DNA of 64,000 nucleotides from a virus (IMGVR_UViG_3300037258_000145:1-64000), one strand, 5' to 3'. Shown: positions 36,193-46,122, counted from the first letter of the stretch. Numbers and translations are program-made. The notes: generated by a model not told the origin, from the letters alone.

Positions 36193-38181
36193 TCAAAAAT
36201 ACGGCGTTGACGTGCCTGAAGACTGTTGAAGACCGCTAATCAATCCTAAATATTGGGGTGCGGCACAAAAGAATGAGCCGAAACGAAGGATGCTTTGCCT
36301 GAACGTAGGATCGATTACCGGCCAGCCGATCTGCGCGTAGTCCTGGACCATCACGTTCTCCATGACGTTGCCCAGGTTGTTTTGCGTCTGGGGCAGCGTG
36401 TAGGACAGGAACAATGCCATGCCCTGGGTCATGTACGGATGGACCACGATCTCGGGCATGGACCTCGTGACCGGGTTGACCACGTTGGACACGGCGGCGC
36501 CGGCGGTAACGCCGGCCATCTCGGTCTGTTGGATCCGGAGCTGATAAGCGGCTACGGATTCGGACAGGATCGAGTTGTTGAGCGTGGTGGCGTCGTTGGG
36601 GCTCGTCATGATCTCGCTCGGGTTGGCGAAGTAGCCGTTGGTCCCGTTGAACATTTGCTGGAGGGCGGTTTGGACCACGCTCACGTTGAGCGGGAGCCCT
36701 ATGCCCTCTTTGTAGTAGCCGGGGTTGACGGCCGGGGAGCTTCCGGGGCCGGGGTAGGGGCCTGAGCCTGAGTTGTAGCTCCGACCGCTGACGACGGCGA
36801 TGATCGACTCCATGCGGTTCGTGGAGCCGGTGCCGGTGTCCGCGCTCGGGGGGTTGGCTCCCGTGGTGGGCAGCGCGCCCTGGAGCGTGAACTTGGTGGC
36901 GCCGACGATCCCGTTCAGGGTGTTGAGGCCGACGAACTGGAACAGGCTGGTCCGGGCGGGCTGGGTCGAGGAGTTGTTCCCGATGTAGATCTTGTAGCCC
37001 ATGGCCCCGTTTACGAGCGGCAGGGTTACGTCGATCACCGAGGTTCCCGTGGTGGCCGTGGTGGACTCGGCGGCAGTGGCGTTGTAGGTTGTCTCGCCCC
37101 AGAAGTCGAGCGCCGTCACGGTGACCCAGATGTTGGTACCACCGGCAAAGGTGATCGGGGTCTCGCCCGTTCCGGCGTTCCTGGTGGCGATCGTGGCCGT
37201 GGTCGGAGTGGCCAGGGCTTGCGAGCTGGACGCCAGGATGTCGTGCTCTTCGAGCAGCATGAACTCTTGGAGCAGGATCATCGCCGCCAAACCGAACACG
37301 TCATCGTAGCCCTGGCCCGCGAATTGGGCCAGCCAGGACACGCCTTCAGTCAGGGCGAAGAACTTGTACGGGATCATCAGGTCGTACGCCGTCTGGGTGC
37401 CCGAAGCCGGCAACGCGTTGGGCCAGGACGAGAAGCTGCCGCCGAAGAACTCAGAGGTGGAGTCGTCCTGGAGGGTACCGAGCTGGCCCGGGAGCGAACC
37501 GGTGATGCTCGCCATGATCTTGGCCCGGTGGTACGTGCCCTGGCCGGGAACGCGCGGGAGCTTGTTCCGGAGCAGGGTGTACACGGGGTAGATCGTGCGC
37601 ACGAACGGCACCAGGTCGTAGGGCACGAAGCCGGACGACAGGGGGCTTGTCAGGGCGATGGTCTTGTTCGACCGTCCTTTGCCGCCCTTTAGGAGCGACT
37701 GGCTCATGTTCTGGGCCGAGAATTGCGTCATGAACTGCATCGGTCCGCGCAGTTCAGGGCAGAAGCTCTTTAGGACCTTGTCGCCCTTGTACATGGACTT
37801 GTGGATCACTTCGTCCAAGGTGGCGGAGGCGAACGCCTCCAGGCGGGCTGAGGTGTTCATGTCGAGCCCGGCACCGTTCAGGCGCATGGCGGGGTCCTGG
37901 ATGCGGGCTCCTGCGCTCTTGAGGGCCGGGTTGATGTCCCAGCGCTGGCCGATGTTCTGGGTCCCGTAGCCGCCGATGAGACCCTTCAGGGCCGCACTGC
38001 GGACTTCGGACGCCTTGGAGTAACGACCGCCTTCGATGGCGTCCTGCCAGTCGAGCACGCCGAGCCCGCCGCGGTGAGAACCACCGGGAGCTTGGTCGAG
38101 CCTGGACTTCAGGCTGGTAAAGGGATTGACGTTCAGGTCTCCCTGCGCGCCTTGCTCCCGTGAGAATGCGGTAAAGGTCAG
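36193..38181 (-). CDS. major capsid protein; CTG start
   Basis: Follows protease/scaffold; YDL..IYPV.T.LRNKLPRVPG.G, EEH.IL, VHPYMTQG; strong GC3 bias; 41 further codons up to AGGAGGG-CAT-CTG. Confidence 0.88.
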   Translation of the reverse strand: MTFTAFSREQGAQGDLNVNPFTSLKSRLDQAPGGSHRGGLGVLDWQDAIEGGRYSKASEVRSAALKGLIGGYGTQNIGQRWDINPALKSAGARIQDPAMRLNGAGLDMNTSARLEAFASATLDEVIHKSMYKGDKVLKSFCPELRGPMQFMTQFSAQNMSQSLLKGGKGRSNKTIALTSPLSSGFVPYDLVPFVRTIYPVYTLLRNKLPRVPGQGTYHRAKIMASITGSLPGQLGTLQDDSTSEFFGGSFSSWPNALPASGTQTAYDLMIPYKFFALTEGVSWLAQFAGQGYDDVFGLAAMILLQEFMLLEEHDILASSSQALATPTTATIATRNAGTGETPITFAGGTNIWVTVTALDFWGETTYNATAAESTTATTGTSVIDVTLPLVNGAMGYKIYIGNNSSTQPARTSLFQFVGLNTLNGIVGATKFTLQGALPTTGANPPSADTGTGSTNRMESIIAVVSGRSYNSGSGPYPGPGSSPAVNPGYYKEGIGLPLNVSVVQTALQQMFNGTNGYFANPSEIMTSPNDATTLNNSILSESVAAYQLRIQQTEMAGVTAGAAVSNVVNPVTRSMPEIVVHPYMTQGMALFLSYTLPQTQNNLGNVMENVMVQDYAQIGWPVIDPTFRQSILRFGSFFCAAPQYLGLISGLQQSSGTSTPYF

Positions 38182-38191
38182 ATGCCCTCCT
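38179..38191 (-). promoter_or_regulatory. SD-CAT-CTG initiation motif (major capsid)
   Basis: AGGAGGG CAT CTG, in frame, 6 nt after the scaffold stop. Confidence 0.8.
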
Positions 38192-38197
38192 GGGGTA

Positions 38198-41050
38198 TCA
38201 GTCGTCAGAGACCATGGCGATAGCGAACTGCTCGGGAGTCAGTTCTTCCATGGCCTGAGCGATCGCGGGTCCCGCGATCTGCGAATTGGGGGAATGGATG
38301 CCGCTTTTCAGCCGCTTGATCTTGGCGTGGACCTCGGCCAGCTTTTTGCTGTCCACAAGGTCGGGAGTGGGCCGGAATGCCGTACCGGTCTGGCGGGCCT
38401 TGCGGGCTCGGGGATCGGGTGCCCGAAGGGCGGTCCTCACCTCGGCCTTGAAGGCTTCGAGCTCGGCCCTGGTTATCGTCACCGTGTCACCTTTCTGGCT
38501 CTTGTTCGCCTTTGCCTTGCGGGCCTTACCTTGGTCCGCACCCTTCTCGGGTGCCTTTGGGCCTTTGGCCTTGGCCGCGCCTGCGGTAGAGGCGGGAGTC
38601 AATCTGCCGTCATTGGTGCCTGCTGGTTTCGGTAGGGGGACGGGCTTGGCCGTCGCTTGGTACATGGCGTCTGGTTGGCCCATGACGTCGTCGGGGGTGA
38701 CATCGTTCGGATAGATGCCACCGTCTTTGTCGGCACTGTCGTGCATGGGGCAGATGCCGGGGAAGTTGCGGGCGATGTGGTCGTGCAGCATGGCCGCTAC
38801 GTCGCCGTCGCCCTTGTCGCTGTTCTTGTAGAACACCCGCGCCGACGTCGGCGGGGCCAGCTCGGCGGCGGGCTTGTCCTTCTTGCCCTTCCGGGAGCCT
38901 TTCTTGCTCTTGGGCAGGCTGGCAGCCGAGACGCCGGGAGTGGGAGACGGACGAGCTTCGTTCGGGATCTGGCTAGTCCGGTTGAAGTCGGATGGCCCGA
39001 AGGTCGGGGCCATGCCCGGTGTGGGGATAGCGAACCCACCCGTCGGGGTGTCAGAGGTCGCACCGGACAGGAACGGGCGCTTGAACTGGTCAGGCGAGTT
39101 GAGCGTGAACCCCGTACCGGTCATGGTCGGGTACGCCGCTTCCATCGCCTTGTGAGCCGCCGTGCGCAGCCGTTCAAAGGTCGGGGTCGCCATCTGGCTG
39201 AGCTTGGTGGCCGCGGCCAACGAGTCGTAGGCGCGGGTGACGTCGCTCTCGCGTCCCTTGTCCTTGGCCATCTGGTAAGCGGTGGCGAAGTAAGAGGGGT
39301 CGATCGACTTGAGGGCTGACTCGGCGTCCACGGCGTAGACGGGGCACAGGGCATCGTGAGCGGCCAGGGCAGGCAGAGGAACGTGGCGGGACTTGTTGGC
39401 TCGCTTGGCTTTCTTCTTGTCCTTCTTGGCCTTGCGCTTCATACACATCTTGCACTTGCCACACTTGCCGCTGTCGCAGTTGGCGGGCATGGCGTCGTCA
39501 GGATCACCGTCGTCTCCACTCGGGGGCGGGGCGTCGTCATCGGTAGCATCGGCGCTGTCAGCCGGGGGGGCGTCCTTGGCTGCCTTCGGGGCAACCGGAG
39601 GAGCTTCCTTGTTGGCGATGTTGTCCTCGTCGGCATCCTGCGCGTCGTCCAGCACCTCTACGGCGTCTTGGACGTTGTCGAGGGCGTCGTCCACGATGTC
39701 ATCCCCCGCTGTGGGCGGGTGATCCTCGGTATCGGCGTCCTGGGCGTCAGAGACATCGCCGGTGGCGTCCATCAGTTCATCGATAGCGTCAGACACGTCG
39801 TCGTCGGTATCAGGTACTCCGTCATCATTGGAGTCATCCTGCTTGGCCGCTACGGGCTTGGTCTTCTTGGCCTTTTTGAAATCCATCGGGACCTGGCCGG
39901 CGCCTTCGCAGTCAGGGCACTTGCGGTTGCCCATCATGATCGTGCCTGAGCCCTTGCAGGTGGGACATGCCTTGTTGCCCTCGGTCGGGTCCTTACCGTC
40001 GAGACCGCTGGCCGCGGCTGCCTTGGTGGACTTGGCCGTGCATGCCGGGCACTTGCCGCAATCGCCAGACTCGCAATCCTTCATCTGCTTCCCTTTCTTG
40101 ACGCCCCAGCTGTCCGGCAGCTCGGCTGTAAAGCTCGGGCCCTTACGCTTGCACAGGGCTATGAGCTTGGATTTGAACTCTTCGAAGGTGGTAGAGCCCT
40201 TGTACCGGCCCCATGAACTGACGGCATCAGAGACATCGGCCGGAGTGACGACAGGGAACTTGCCATCTCCCTCGTCAGGCAGTACGAAGTCGGCCGGGTC
40301 GAGCTTGTCCCGGTCCACTCCTCCACCGACATCGGGGTCCATGTCCCGCTTGAAAGCGGCATACCAGTGCGCCGCGGCCAGTGTCTTTTCGGCTCGGTAG
40401 ACCATGGCCCGCTTGAGCGCCCTGGTGATCCCGTCGCCTGTCTCGTCTGTTACCGGCACCTCGTCAATACGCGCGGCACCGCGCGCTTCTGGTTCGCTGG
40501 ACAGTCCGAACAGGTCGGGGGCTTGGCCCTTCGCCTTGGACTTGGCCATGACGAAGCGAGGCACCTTGGTCTTTTCCTTGGTCCCGGACACGCCCTCGAT
40601 GTGAGCGTTCGGGTTCGCCCCGGCGTCAACCAGCGACACCTCACGCGCCCAGCCTCCGACCATTCGGCCGTTGGGGGCTTCGGGGTCACGGACGTATTCA
40701 GGGTCGTACCAGCCAACCGAAAAGTCCTTGTAGACGCCATTGAGCACGTGCTGGACGGCAGTCGGCTCATAAACATGCGCCCGGATACTCGACCCGTCTT
40801 CGGGATCGACTTCCAGGGCTATGCCGTTGCCCGCGGGCGGATAATATTCGCAGTGCTGACCGAACACCGCAGCGCCACCTTGGTACCAGTCAGATAAGGC
40901 CTTGGCGGCAAAGTCAGCATCGACTATCTCGCCGTCTGAGTCCAGGGAATCGTCGGTCACCTTGCCCCAGACGATCACCGAACCGTCGGGCTGTTCCTTG
41001 CGCTTGGTGATCGGATGATAGGTACGACGGAGCGCGGGCCTAGTAGCCAG
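38198..41050 (-). CDS. prohead protease-scaffold fusion with DUF6582-like and Zn-finger domains; CTG start
   Basis: VWGK.TD..LD.DG.IVD, QH, GVYK.FSVG, EVSLVD..ANP HK97-type protease motifs; frame extends to AAGGCGG-CAT-CTG, restoring PITK...PDG. Confidence 0.88.
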   Translation of the reverse strand: MATRPALRRTYHPITKRKEQPDGSVIVWGKVTDDSLDSDGEIVDADFAAKALSDWYQGGAAVFGQHCEYYPPAGNGIALEVDPEDGSSIRAHVYEPTAVQHVLNGVYKDFSVGWYDPEYVRDPEAPNGRMVGGWAREVSLVDAGANPNAHIEGVSGTKEKTKVPRFVMAKSKAKGQAPDLFGLSSEPEARGAARIDEVPVTDETGDGITRALKRAMVYRAEKTLAAAHWYAAFKRDMDPDVGGGVDRDKLDPADFVLPDEGDGKFPVVTPADVSDAVSSWGRYKGSTTFEEFKSKLIALCKRKGPSFTAELPDSWGVKKGKQMKDCESGDCGKCPACTAKSTKAAAASGLDGKDPTEGNKACPTCKGSGTIMMGNRKCPDCEGAGQVPMDFKKAKKTKPVAAKQDDSNDDGVPDTDDDVSDAIDELMDATGDVSDAQDADTEDHPPTAGDDIVDDALDNVQDAVEVLDDAQDADEDNIANKEAPPVAPKAAKDAPPADSADATDDDAPPPSGDDGDPDDAMPANCDSGKCGKCKMCMKRKAKKDKKKAKRANKSRHVPLPALAAHDALCPVYAVDAESALKSIDPSYFATAYQMAKDKGRESDVTRAYDSLAAATKLSQMATPTFERLRTAAHKAMEAAYPTMTGTGFTLNSPDQFKRPFLSGATSDTPTGGFAIPTPGMAPTFGPSDFNRTSQIPNEARPSPTPGVSAASLPKSKKGSRKGKKDKPAAELAPPTSARVFYKNSDKGDGDVAAMLHDHIARNFPGICPMHDSADKDGGIYPNDVTPDDVMGQPDAMYQATAKPVPLPKPAGTNDGRLTPASTAGAAKAKGPKAPEKGADQGKARKAKANKSQKGDTVTITRAELEAFKAEVRTALRAPDPRARKARQTGTAFRPTPDLVDSKKLAEVHAKIKRLKSGIHSPNSQIAGPAIAQAMEELTPEQFAIAMVSDD
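40465..40490. repeat. palindrome A variant (1-nt central deletion, intragenic)
   Basis: CAATA CGCGCGG CA CCGCGCG CTTCT. Confidence 0.85.
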
Positions 41051-41060
41051 ATGCCGCCTT
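41048..41060 (-). promoter_or_regulatory. SD-CAT-CTG initiation motif (prohead protease)
   Basis: AAGGCGG CAT CTG, in frame; TAGGAT at 41088-41093. Confidence 0.75.
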
Positions 41061-41287
41061 CAGCGCTCGACCAGTCATTGGCCGAAAATCCTAGCCCGTT
41101 CGGCGTCGTCGTGGTTGGACCGGCACCACAGGAGCCCGCCTACGGGGGTCAGGAGCGCTCTAGCCCTACCCACTTCACGGCTAGGCAACTCCAGCACAGC
41201 AACCAACTGGCCCGCTTACGACCGTCTACAGCCAGGCTCAGCTTGTGTAGGGAGTGGTCATGCTCTCCGCAGTCGCTACAGCGGCCG

Positions 41288-41305
41288 AGTCGCGCGCGTG
41301 CGACT
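41288..41305. repeat. palindrome B, copy 3
   Basis: AGTCGC GCGCGT GCGACT. Confidence 0.95.
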
Positions 41306-41327
41306 GGTTTGCGCTTGTGGTGCTTGC

Positions 41328-41735
41328 TCAGTGGACGTAGCCGGCGAGAACGGCGCTGATGACCGCGGCCGAGCCCGTCACAGCCAGGGTCAACGCGTTT
41401 CCGCTGCCGCCCGCCGAGGTGATCGACACGATAACCGGAGCCAGGGGCAGGGTCACTCCACACGTAATCGTGGCCAGGACGGTAGGCCCGGCCGCGTCGG
41501 TCAGGGTGATAGTGCCCGACGGTCCGCCCGCGAACACGACCAGGGCGCCGCGGAAGGTCTTGCCCGAGGGCACGGTGTACAACACGCCCGTCGTTTCCAA
41601 CTCCACAGCCACGATGTTGCCAAGGGTGACGCCGTTGACCTGGGCTTGGGTGCCCTGATTGGGCAGGAGGCTGATGTTGCCGTTTACGGGATCGACCTTG
41701 ACGAGACTGGCGGGGTTCGGGACGATGGTAGCCAC
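41328..41735 (-). CDS. small beta-rich putative virion decoration protein, leaderless
   Basis: GTG 7 nt after TAGGAT; LYTVPSGK motif. Confidence 0.65.
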   Translation of the reverse strand: MATIVPNPASLVKVDPVNGNISLLPNQGTQAQVNGVTLGNIVAVELETTGVLYTVPSGKTFRGALVVFAGGPSGTITLTDAAGPTVLATITCGVTLPLAPVIVSITSAGGSGNALTLAVTGSAAVISAVLAGYVH

Positions 41736-41872
41736 GGGGCTTATCCTACGTCCGGTCTTGGCTCAGGGGTGGGATGGCCGGTCAGGACTTGCCGTGGATG
41801 GAGACCCCTCAACGTCTCAGGTTTTCTCTCCCGAGACGAAACCGGCCACCCGAGCTGTGAGCTTGTACCCGC

Positions 41873-42079
41873 TCAAGAACCTACCAAAAGTCCGAGACTG
41901 ACGAACAGGAGCACCAGCAACCCGAAAGCTCCGATGGCCCACGCATACGGCCGGCCGAGAGGGATCACGCCGAACAACAGTCCGACCGCGGCCACGATCA
42001 CGGCAATGAGAAAGAACAGTTGGGCGAGGTTCTGGTCCTGAGCAACGATGACAGCTAGCACGTTGGCGATCCTACCCAT
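41873..42079 (-). CDS. small membrane protein
   Basis: Two hydrophobic helices; TAATG-coupled. Confidence 0.7.
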   Translation of the reverse strand: MGRIANVLAVIVAQDQNLAQLFFLIAVIVAAVGLLFGVIPLGRPYAWAIGAFGLLVLLFVSLGLLVGS

Positions 42080-42438
42080 TACTGGCGAAGCTCTACCTTG
42101 GTGCCGTGCTCACCGCGGCGCACTACGCGTACGGGGGCGTTATAGCCCGCCCAGCCATCCACTGGTGGCACTGTCATGGTCACCGGCTCGTCTGGCATTT
42201 CTAAGAGCCGTCGGCCCAATTCATGTGCCGTGAAGCAGTCAGGACCGAACGGTTTGAGTAATCCCGCTTCAGTCAGGGCCACAACAGCGCATTGGGCCAA
42301 TTGCCAAGTTGTGGAGGACTTCGGCCACGGGAAGTCGGACGGCAGTCCGTTCCTTAGAATGTTGTGAACGATGCCCTCTGCTTGGGTCTGAGCGTGGCCG
42401 ATAGCGGCTTCGTTCCTGGGGTCCTTCTTTGCGGTCAT
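42079..42438 (-). CDS. hypothetical protein
   Basis: GGGAG RBS and ATG. Confidence 0.6.
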   Translation of the reverse strand: MTAKKDPRNEAAIGHAQTQAEGIVHNILRNGLPSDFPWPKSSTTWQLAQCAVVALTEAGLLKPFGPDCFTAHELGRRLLEMPDEPVTMTVPPVDGWAGYNAPVRVVRRGEHGTKVELRQ

Positions 42439-43152
42439 GGGGGTACTCCCTCTCGCTGGGTTTTGGGGACATAATATCTGGTGGGTGCTCCCCTCATGCT
42501 TAGCGTGGGGCTACTTTCGGCTAGGCGCGGGTGGCCGAGGCCAACACCGGAATTTAGGACCCCACGCATCGTAGCCATTACCTGCGTGGTCGCTGACGTG
42601 GGAGGGGTTGAGGACGCAGACCGCCTTATCAGGTCCAGACGCATGACACTTGGGCTGCGAGCCCACCTGAAGATCCATGAACTGAGCCCAACTCAGATCA
42701 TCCACTTCCAGCGCTTCGCGGACTCGTATATCAACTGCGTCGGGCATGGGGTTCGATTTCGTAGTGCCAGTCTTTCAGGACTCGGAATTGCGCTACCTGA
42801 GCTTAGCGCTATGCTCAGTCTCGGCACTCGACGGTCTACAGAACTGAGCACCTGATTCGCGATAGAAACGGCTCCCGGGTGGAGCTAGGTGTTGGGCTCG
42901 AGAGTGCTGCCGCTGGGCGGGCCTGGTCGACGTGACGATGTTGACGTAGGGCCCGCTTGGCGGTCTGTCTCTTTCTTCGTCCGTTGTCTGGCTTCGAAGC
43001 GTCGTATTGCCACGCGTTGATCGACATGGTTGGTCAGATCAAGCAGGAGATTCATGCCATCGATCCCGCCTGACGACCAGTCGATCTGCACCCATTCGCC
43101 GCGGCTACGGCTGAAGAACGGACCTGTCAGGTCTCTGCTCATTTTCCCTCCC

Positions 43153-43566
43153 TCATCTCAATCGACGTTGGCGCTTGCTATCCAGCCGGACCGTAGACCT
43201 CAACTGGTCCAGCGTGGCCAGGTACTCCTCCCAGTGTGCCTGGACGAGCAAGCCGACCGCTCGCAACTCCAGACGAGCCAGCTCGGCTCGGCCGTCCGTG
43301 CTCCAGCCGTTCGGCAACCGGCCGATGGCACTGAGCGGGTCGCGGTCCCATGTGGCGTGACGCTGGACCGTCTGTAGGCAGGTGACGCAAAACTCGTAAT
43401 GTGAGCGCGCCTGGCCGATCTCCTGCGCCCTTTTGGTGGCTTGCTCCCGAGACAGGACTCGGGTGAACTCAATGGCGTCATGACCGCACTCGGTGCGCGG
43501 TGTGCCCGTTTCCCAAGGCAGACGGTCCCGGGCAATGTGCGCCAACGCCGCCGCGACCTCAGTCAT
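43153..43566 (-). CDS. hypothetical protein (TECG..CxxC)
   Basis: RBS, ATGA-coupled. Confidence 0.65.
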   Translation of the reverse strand: MTEVAAALAHIARDRLPWETGTPRTECGHDAIEFTRVLSREQATKRAQEIGQARSHYEFCVTCLQTVQRHATWDRDPLSAIGRLPNGWSTDGRAELARLELRAVGLLVQAHWEEYLATLDQLRSTVRLDSKRQRRLR

Positions 43567-43865
43567 TCTCCTCCGTCAAGCAAGACAGGCAATCGCACCA
43601 AGGGACAGCCGCAGGGCCAAGGACCTTCCTCGGGAGCATCGGCGATGCACTCGGCCAGATCGGCTTCTGTCGGAAGTTCACCTTGCATGGCGCGTGCCAC
43701 GACGAAAGCGAGCTGCAAGGTCACAATGACCAACTCGTCGTGGTCCAACAGTTGCAGTCGGGCCTTCAGGGTGTCGTAGTTTTCTTGCCCGTGTTCTTGG
43801 CAATAGTCGTCCAGCAACAAGCTCACGGCTTGCACCGTCGCCGGCTCCAGGGCTAGTTCGCTCAT
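43563..43865 (-). CDS. hypothetical protein
   Basis: ATGA-coupled at both ends. Confidence 0.6.
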   Translation of the reverse strand: MSELALEPATVQAVSLLLDDYCQEHGQENYDTLKARLQLLDHDELVIVTLQLAFVVARAMQGELPTEADLAECIADAPEEGPWPCGCPLVRLPVLLDGGE

Positions 43866-44563
43866 CGGGTCTTGGCTCCAGACGGGCACACGGCGTGGGC
43901 GAAGGCCAGACCAGCCCGCACGATGCTGGACTCCTTGTCGAAGGGTCGTTTGCAACGAGAGCACTTCCCGCTGGCGTGGAGTTCGATCAAGATGCCCTCA
44001 GTAGCTGTAGCCGTCATCAGATATTGCTCAGGCGTGATGCGGGCCCTCGCCGTGTTGAACTCTTCCGTCCTAGACCGGGCGACGTTCGTTTTGGGAGGCT
44101 CGGCCAACTTGGACTCGGCATCGATCAGGCCGCTGGCGGTAGGGCGCGGCGATTCGGAGGCGTAACGCTCAAACTCTGGTTCAGGTACGAACGCAATCTT
44201 CTGGGCCTCAGAGGACTCTCGTTTAGTTATGCCCAGGTCGGAGAGGGTCGGCGAAACCGGTTCCCCCGGTAACCGGTTTTTCGGAGGACGCCCGCCCTTC
44301 GGCAAATCGGTCTTCACCAGCAACTCACCAAGCCGTCGCTTGGTGCGCAGGACCACTTCGGCCGCTTGCCGTTGAACATCCTTGGCGGCGTTCATGGTGC
44401 GAGTCAGATACTCCACCGCCTCGGCTTGCTTGAGGAATTGGGCGACCTCGATAGGGTCCTCCAATGTCGCTAGCGCGGTGCTCGCCCGCTCAAAGAAGTC
44501 GAACGCTTGTTGGACTTCGCCATAGCGCTCAGGAAGGTTGTCGCTAGTACGCTGCTCTGTCAT
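43862..44563 (-). CDS. putative DNA-binding protein resembling the N-terminal domain of phage MT-A70/methyltransferase fusions
   Basis: RRLGELL...TLSDLGITK.ESS.AQKIA.VPE..FE motif; GGAGG RBS. Confidence 0.6.
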   Translation of the reverse strand: MTEQRTSDNLPERYGEVQQAFDFFERASTALATLEDPIEVAQFLKQAEAVEYLTRTMNAAKDVQRQAAEVVLRTKRRLGELLVKTDLPKGGRPPKNRLPGEPVSPTLSDLGITKRESSEAQKIAFVPEPEFERYASESPRPTASGLIDAESKLAEPPKTNVARSRTEEFNTARARITPEQYLMTATATEGILIELHASGKCSRCKRPFDKESSIVRAGLAFAHAVCPSGAKTR

Positions 44564-44587
44564 CGGGACCTCCAGTGTCTCGATCAG

Positions 44588-44619
44588 TGGCCCGGCTGCT
44601 CATCACAGTGCGGGCCACA
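44588..44619. promoter_or_regulatory. GC hairpin in the 5' leader of 43862..44563
   Basis: GTGGCCCG...CGGGCCAC inverted repeat between TAAGAT (44635-44640, minus) and the RBS. Confidence 0.5.
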
Positions 44620-44723
44620 CCTATGTCACCGACCATCTTAGCCTGTCATCGAACACCGATTCGCCCCGCCAACCACCGAATCTAGGGCGCTAACCGCCCT
44701 TTCACGATGTCACTACGGCAGGA

Positions 44724-44975
44724 TTAGGACCGCCACCAGTGCACCGGTCGAACTCCGACGAGGGTGTTTGTGGCGTAGTCGATGTCCTCGTAACGGTAGA
44801 CCTCGCCGTCAATGACGATGCGACCTCGCCTTGGCAGACTGCCCGCTTGGGCTATCGGAAGCCTGACGTCGTCCCAGCACCGGATGGCGCGACGGCGGAT
44901 AGCTATCGGAAAGGCCAAGATCGCTATCCCAAGGATCGCGGTGACAACGTAGGCCATGATCCAGGCGACACTCAT
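44724..44975 (-). CDS. small membrane protein
   Basis: N-terminal TM; TGATG-coupled. Confidence 0.6.
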   Translation of the reverse strand: MSVAWIMAYVVTAILGIAILAFPIAIRRRAIRCWDDVRLPIAQAGSLPRRGRIVIDGEVYRYEDIDYATNTLVGVRPVHWWRS

Positions 44976-45253
44976 CAGTAAGTGACCCGCCAAACGATGT
45001 TGATCGTGTTACCGTTGCCGCCGAAGTTGACCGTCACGCTTTCGTACACCGGAGCTGCATCTGTAGGTTGGCGGAAGCCTAGAACTGGATCGACTGGGGC
45101 GCGGTTCAGGTCGTCTTCGGTGATGCCGTGACGCTCCATCACTTGGGCGGCTTTGGCTCTACAGGCCTCAGCTTCGGCGGGGAAGGTGGTGCGGTCGGCT
45201 TTACGGAGCAGTAGCTCAACCAGTCTGACTCTCTTCGGGTCAGGCATCGACAT
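44975..45253 (-). CDS. DUF2786-like protein
   Basis: LLRKA..T..PAEAE....KA..M..HGI signature. Confidence 0.75.
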   Translation of the reverse strand: MSMPDPKRVRLVELLLRKADRTTFPAEAEACRAKAAQVMERHGITEDDLNRAPVDPVLGFRQPTDAAPVYESVTVNFGGNGNTINIVWRVTY

Positions 45254-45462
45254 GCGTCTCTCCACTCGGTCCCGATTTGAAAAGTTCCTGGTGAGCTACG
45301 CACAACGACACCAGCACGAACCATGTGTCAATAGACAATACGAGGGTGTCAGTTGCAATATTCTGGCACTGGAGTAGGCCGATTTCTTCCCTTATTGCCG
45401 CCATGCAATGGGCATCTCCAGCGGCGACAGCATTGATCAGGGTCGAACGCGAGGGCTTGGAG

Positions 45463-45750
45463 TCAGGAGCAGTCATCGACAGCGACCTGCTTGATGTCCC
45501 GGAGTGCGGCTAGAACCTTGACCAGTCGGACGCGCTGACATCGCAGGGCGTGATGGTAGTGAGCTGGTGACGCTACTCCTAGGTGCCAGTGCCGGCCCAT
45601 GCGACAACGGTAGGGGATCAGGTGGTAGACGTCGAAGCCCTTGGCCGTCAGTCGTTGCGCTGCGAGGCAGGCTTCCCATGCCGTCGGGTAGGGCTTCTTT
45701 GGCTTGGTGCGACCATCTCTCAAGGTGACGTGACCGAGACCGCGCGTCAC
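45463..45750 (-). CDS. hypothetical basic protein (Y.C..G.HWH)
   Basis: KK.Y....A and YRC...HWHL motifs common in phage small proteins. Confidence 0.55.
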   Translation of the reverse strand: MTRGLGHVTLRDGRTKPKKPYPTAWEACLAAQRLTAKGFDVYHLIPYRCRMGRHWHLGVASPAHYHHALRCQRVRLVKVLAALRDIKQVAVDDCS

Positions 45751-45771
45751 GACAGCACCCAGGCTACGGGT

Positions 45772-46122
45772 TCAGGCATTGAACGTGCTGTCCAGGAGGG
45801 CTTGGCCGATGATCGAGGGAAGGCGTCCACCGTCGGGGACACAGCCCCAGGGGCAGGGCATGTCCTCGACTACTCCCCACAAGCGGCACAGTGTCGGTCT
45901 CACGTCGTAGACGCTACAGCGACCGTCCTTTAGGGCTGGGCAGGTGTAGTCGCCGTCCATGAGATAGCTGGCAACCGCCTCGGCGACAGGAGGGAGGTGT
46001 ATTCCCTTCATGCTGAGCAGGGCGCGCTCTTGGCTACTGGCTTCGATCGGGCCGCAGGACTCGGCGCACAGGCCCTTGCAGTGCATGGCTGGGATCTTCC
46101 CCCAAGCTACGGGGTCAGGCAT
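45772..46122 (-). CDS. YkgJ-family cysteine-cluster (Fe-S) protein
   Basis: CKGLC..SCGP, CPAL..GRCSVY..RPTLCRLWG. Confidence 0.85.
   Translation of the reverse strand: MPDPVAWGKIPAMHCKGLCAESCGPIEASSQERALLSMKGIHLPPVAEAVASYLMDGDYTCPALKDGRCSVYDVRPTLCRLWGVVEDMPCPWGCVPDGGRLPSIIGQALLDSTFNA

Noticed and set aside
42435-43142. Short ORFs 42435..42644, 42511..42747, 42836..43027 and 42885..43142
   Set aside because: Mutually overlapping with no recognisable motifs; could not decide which are real
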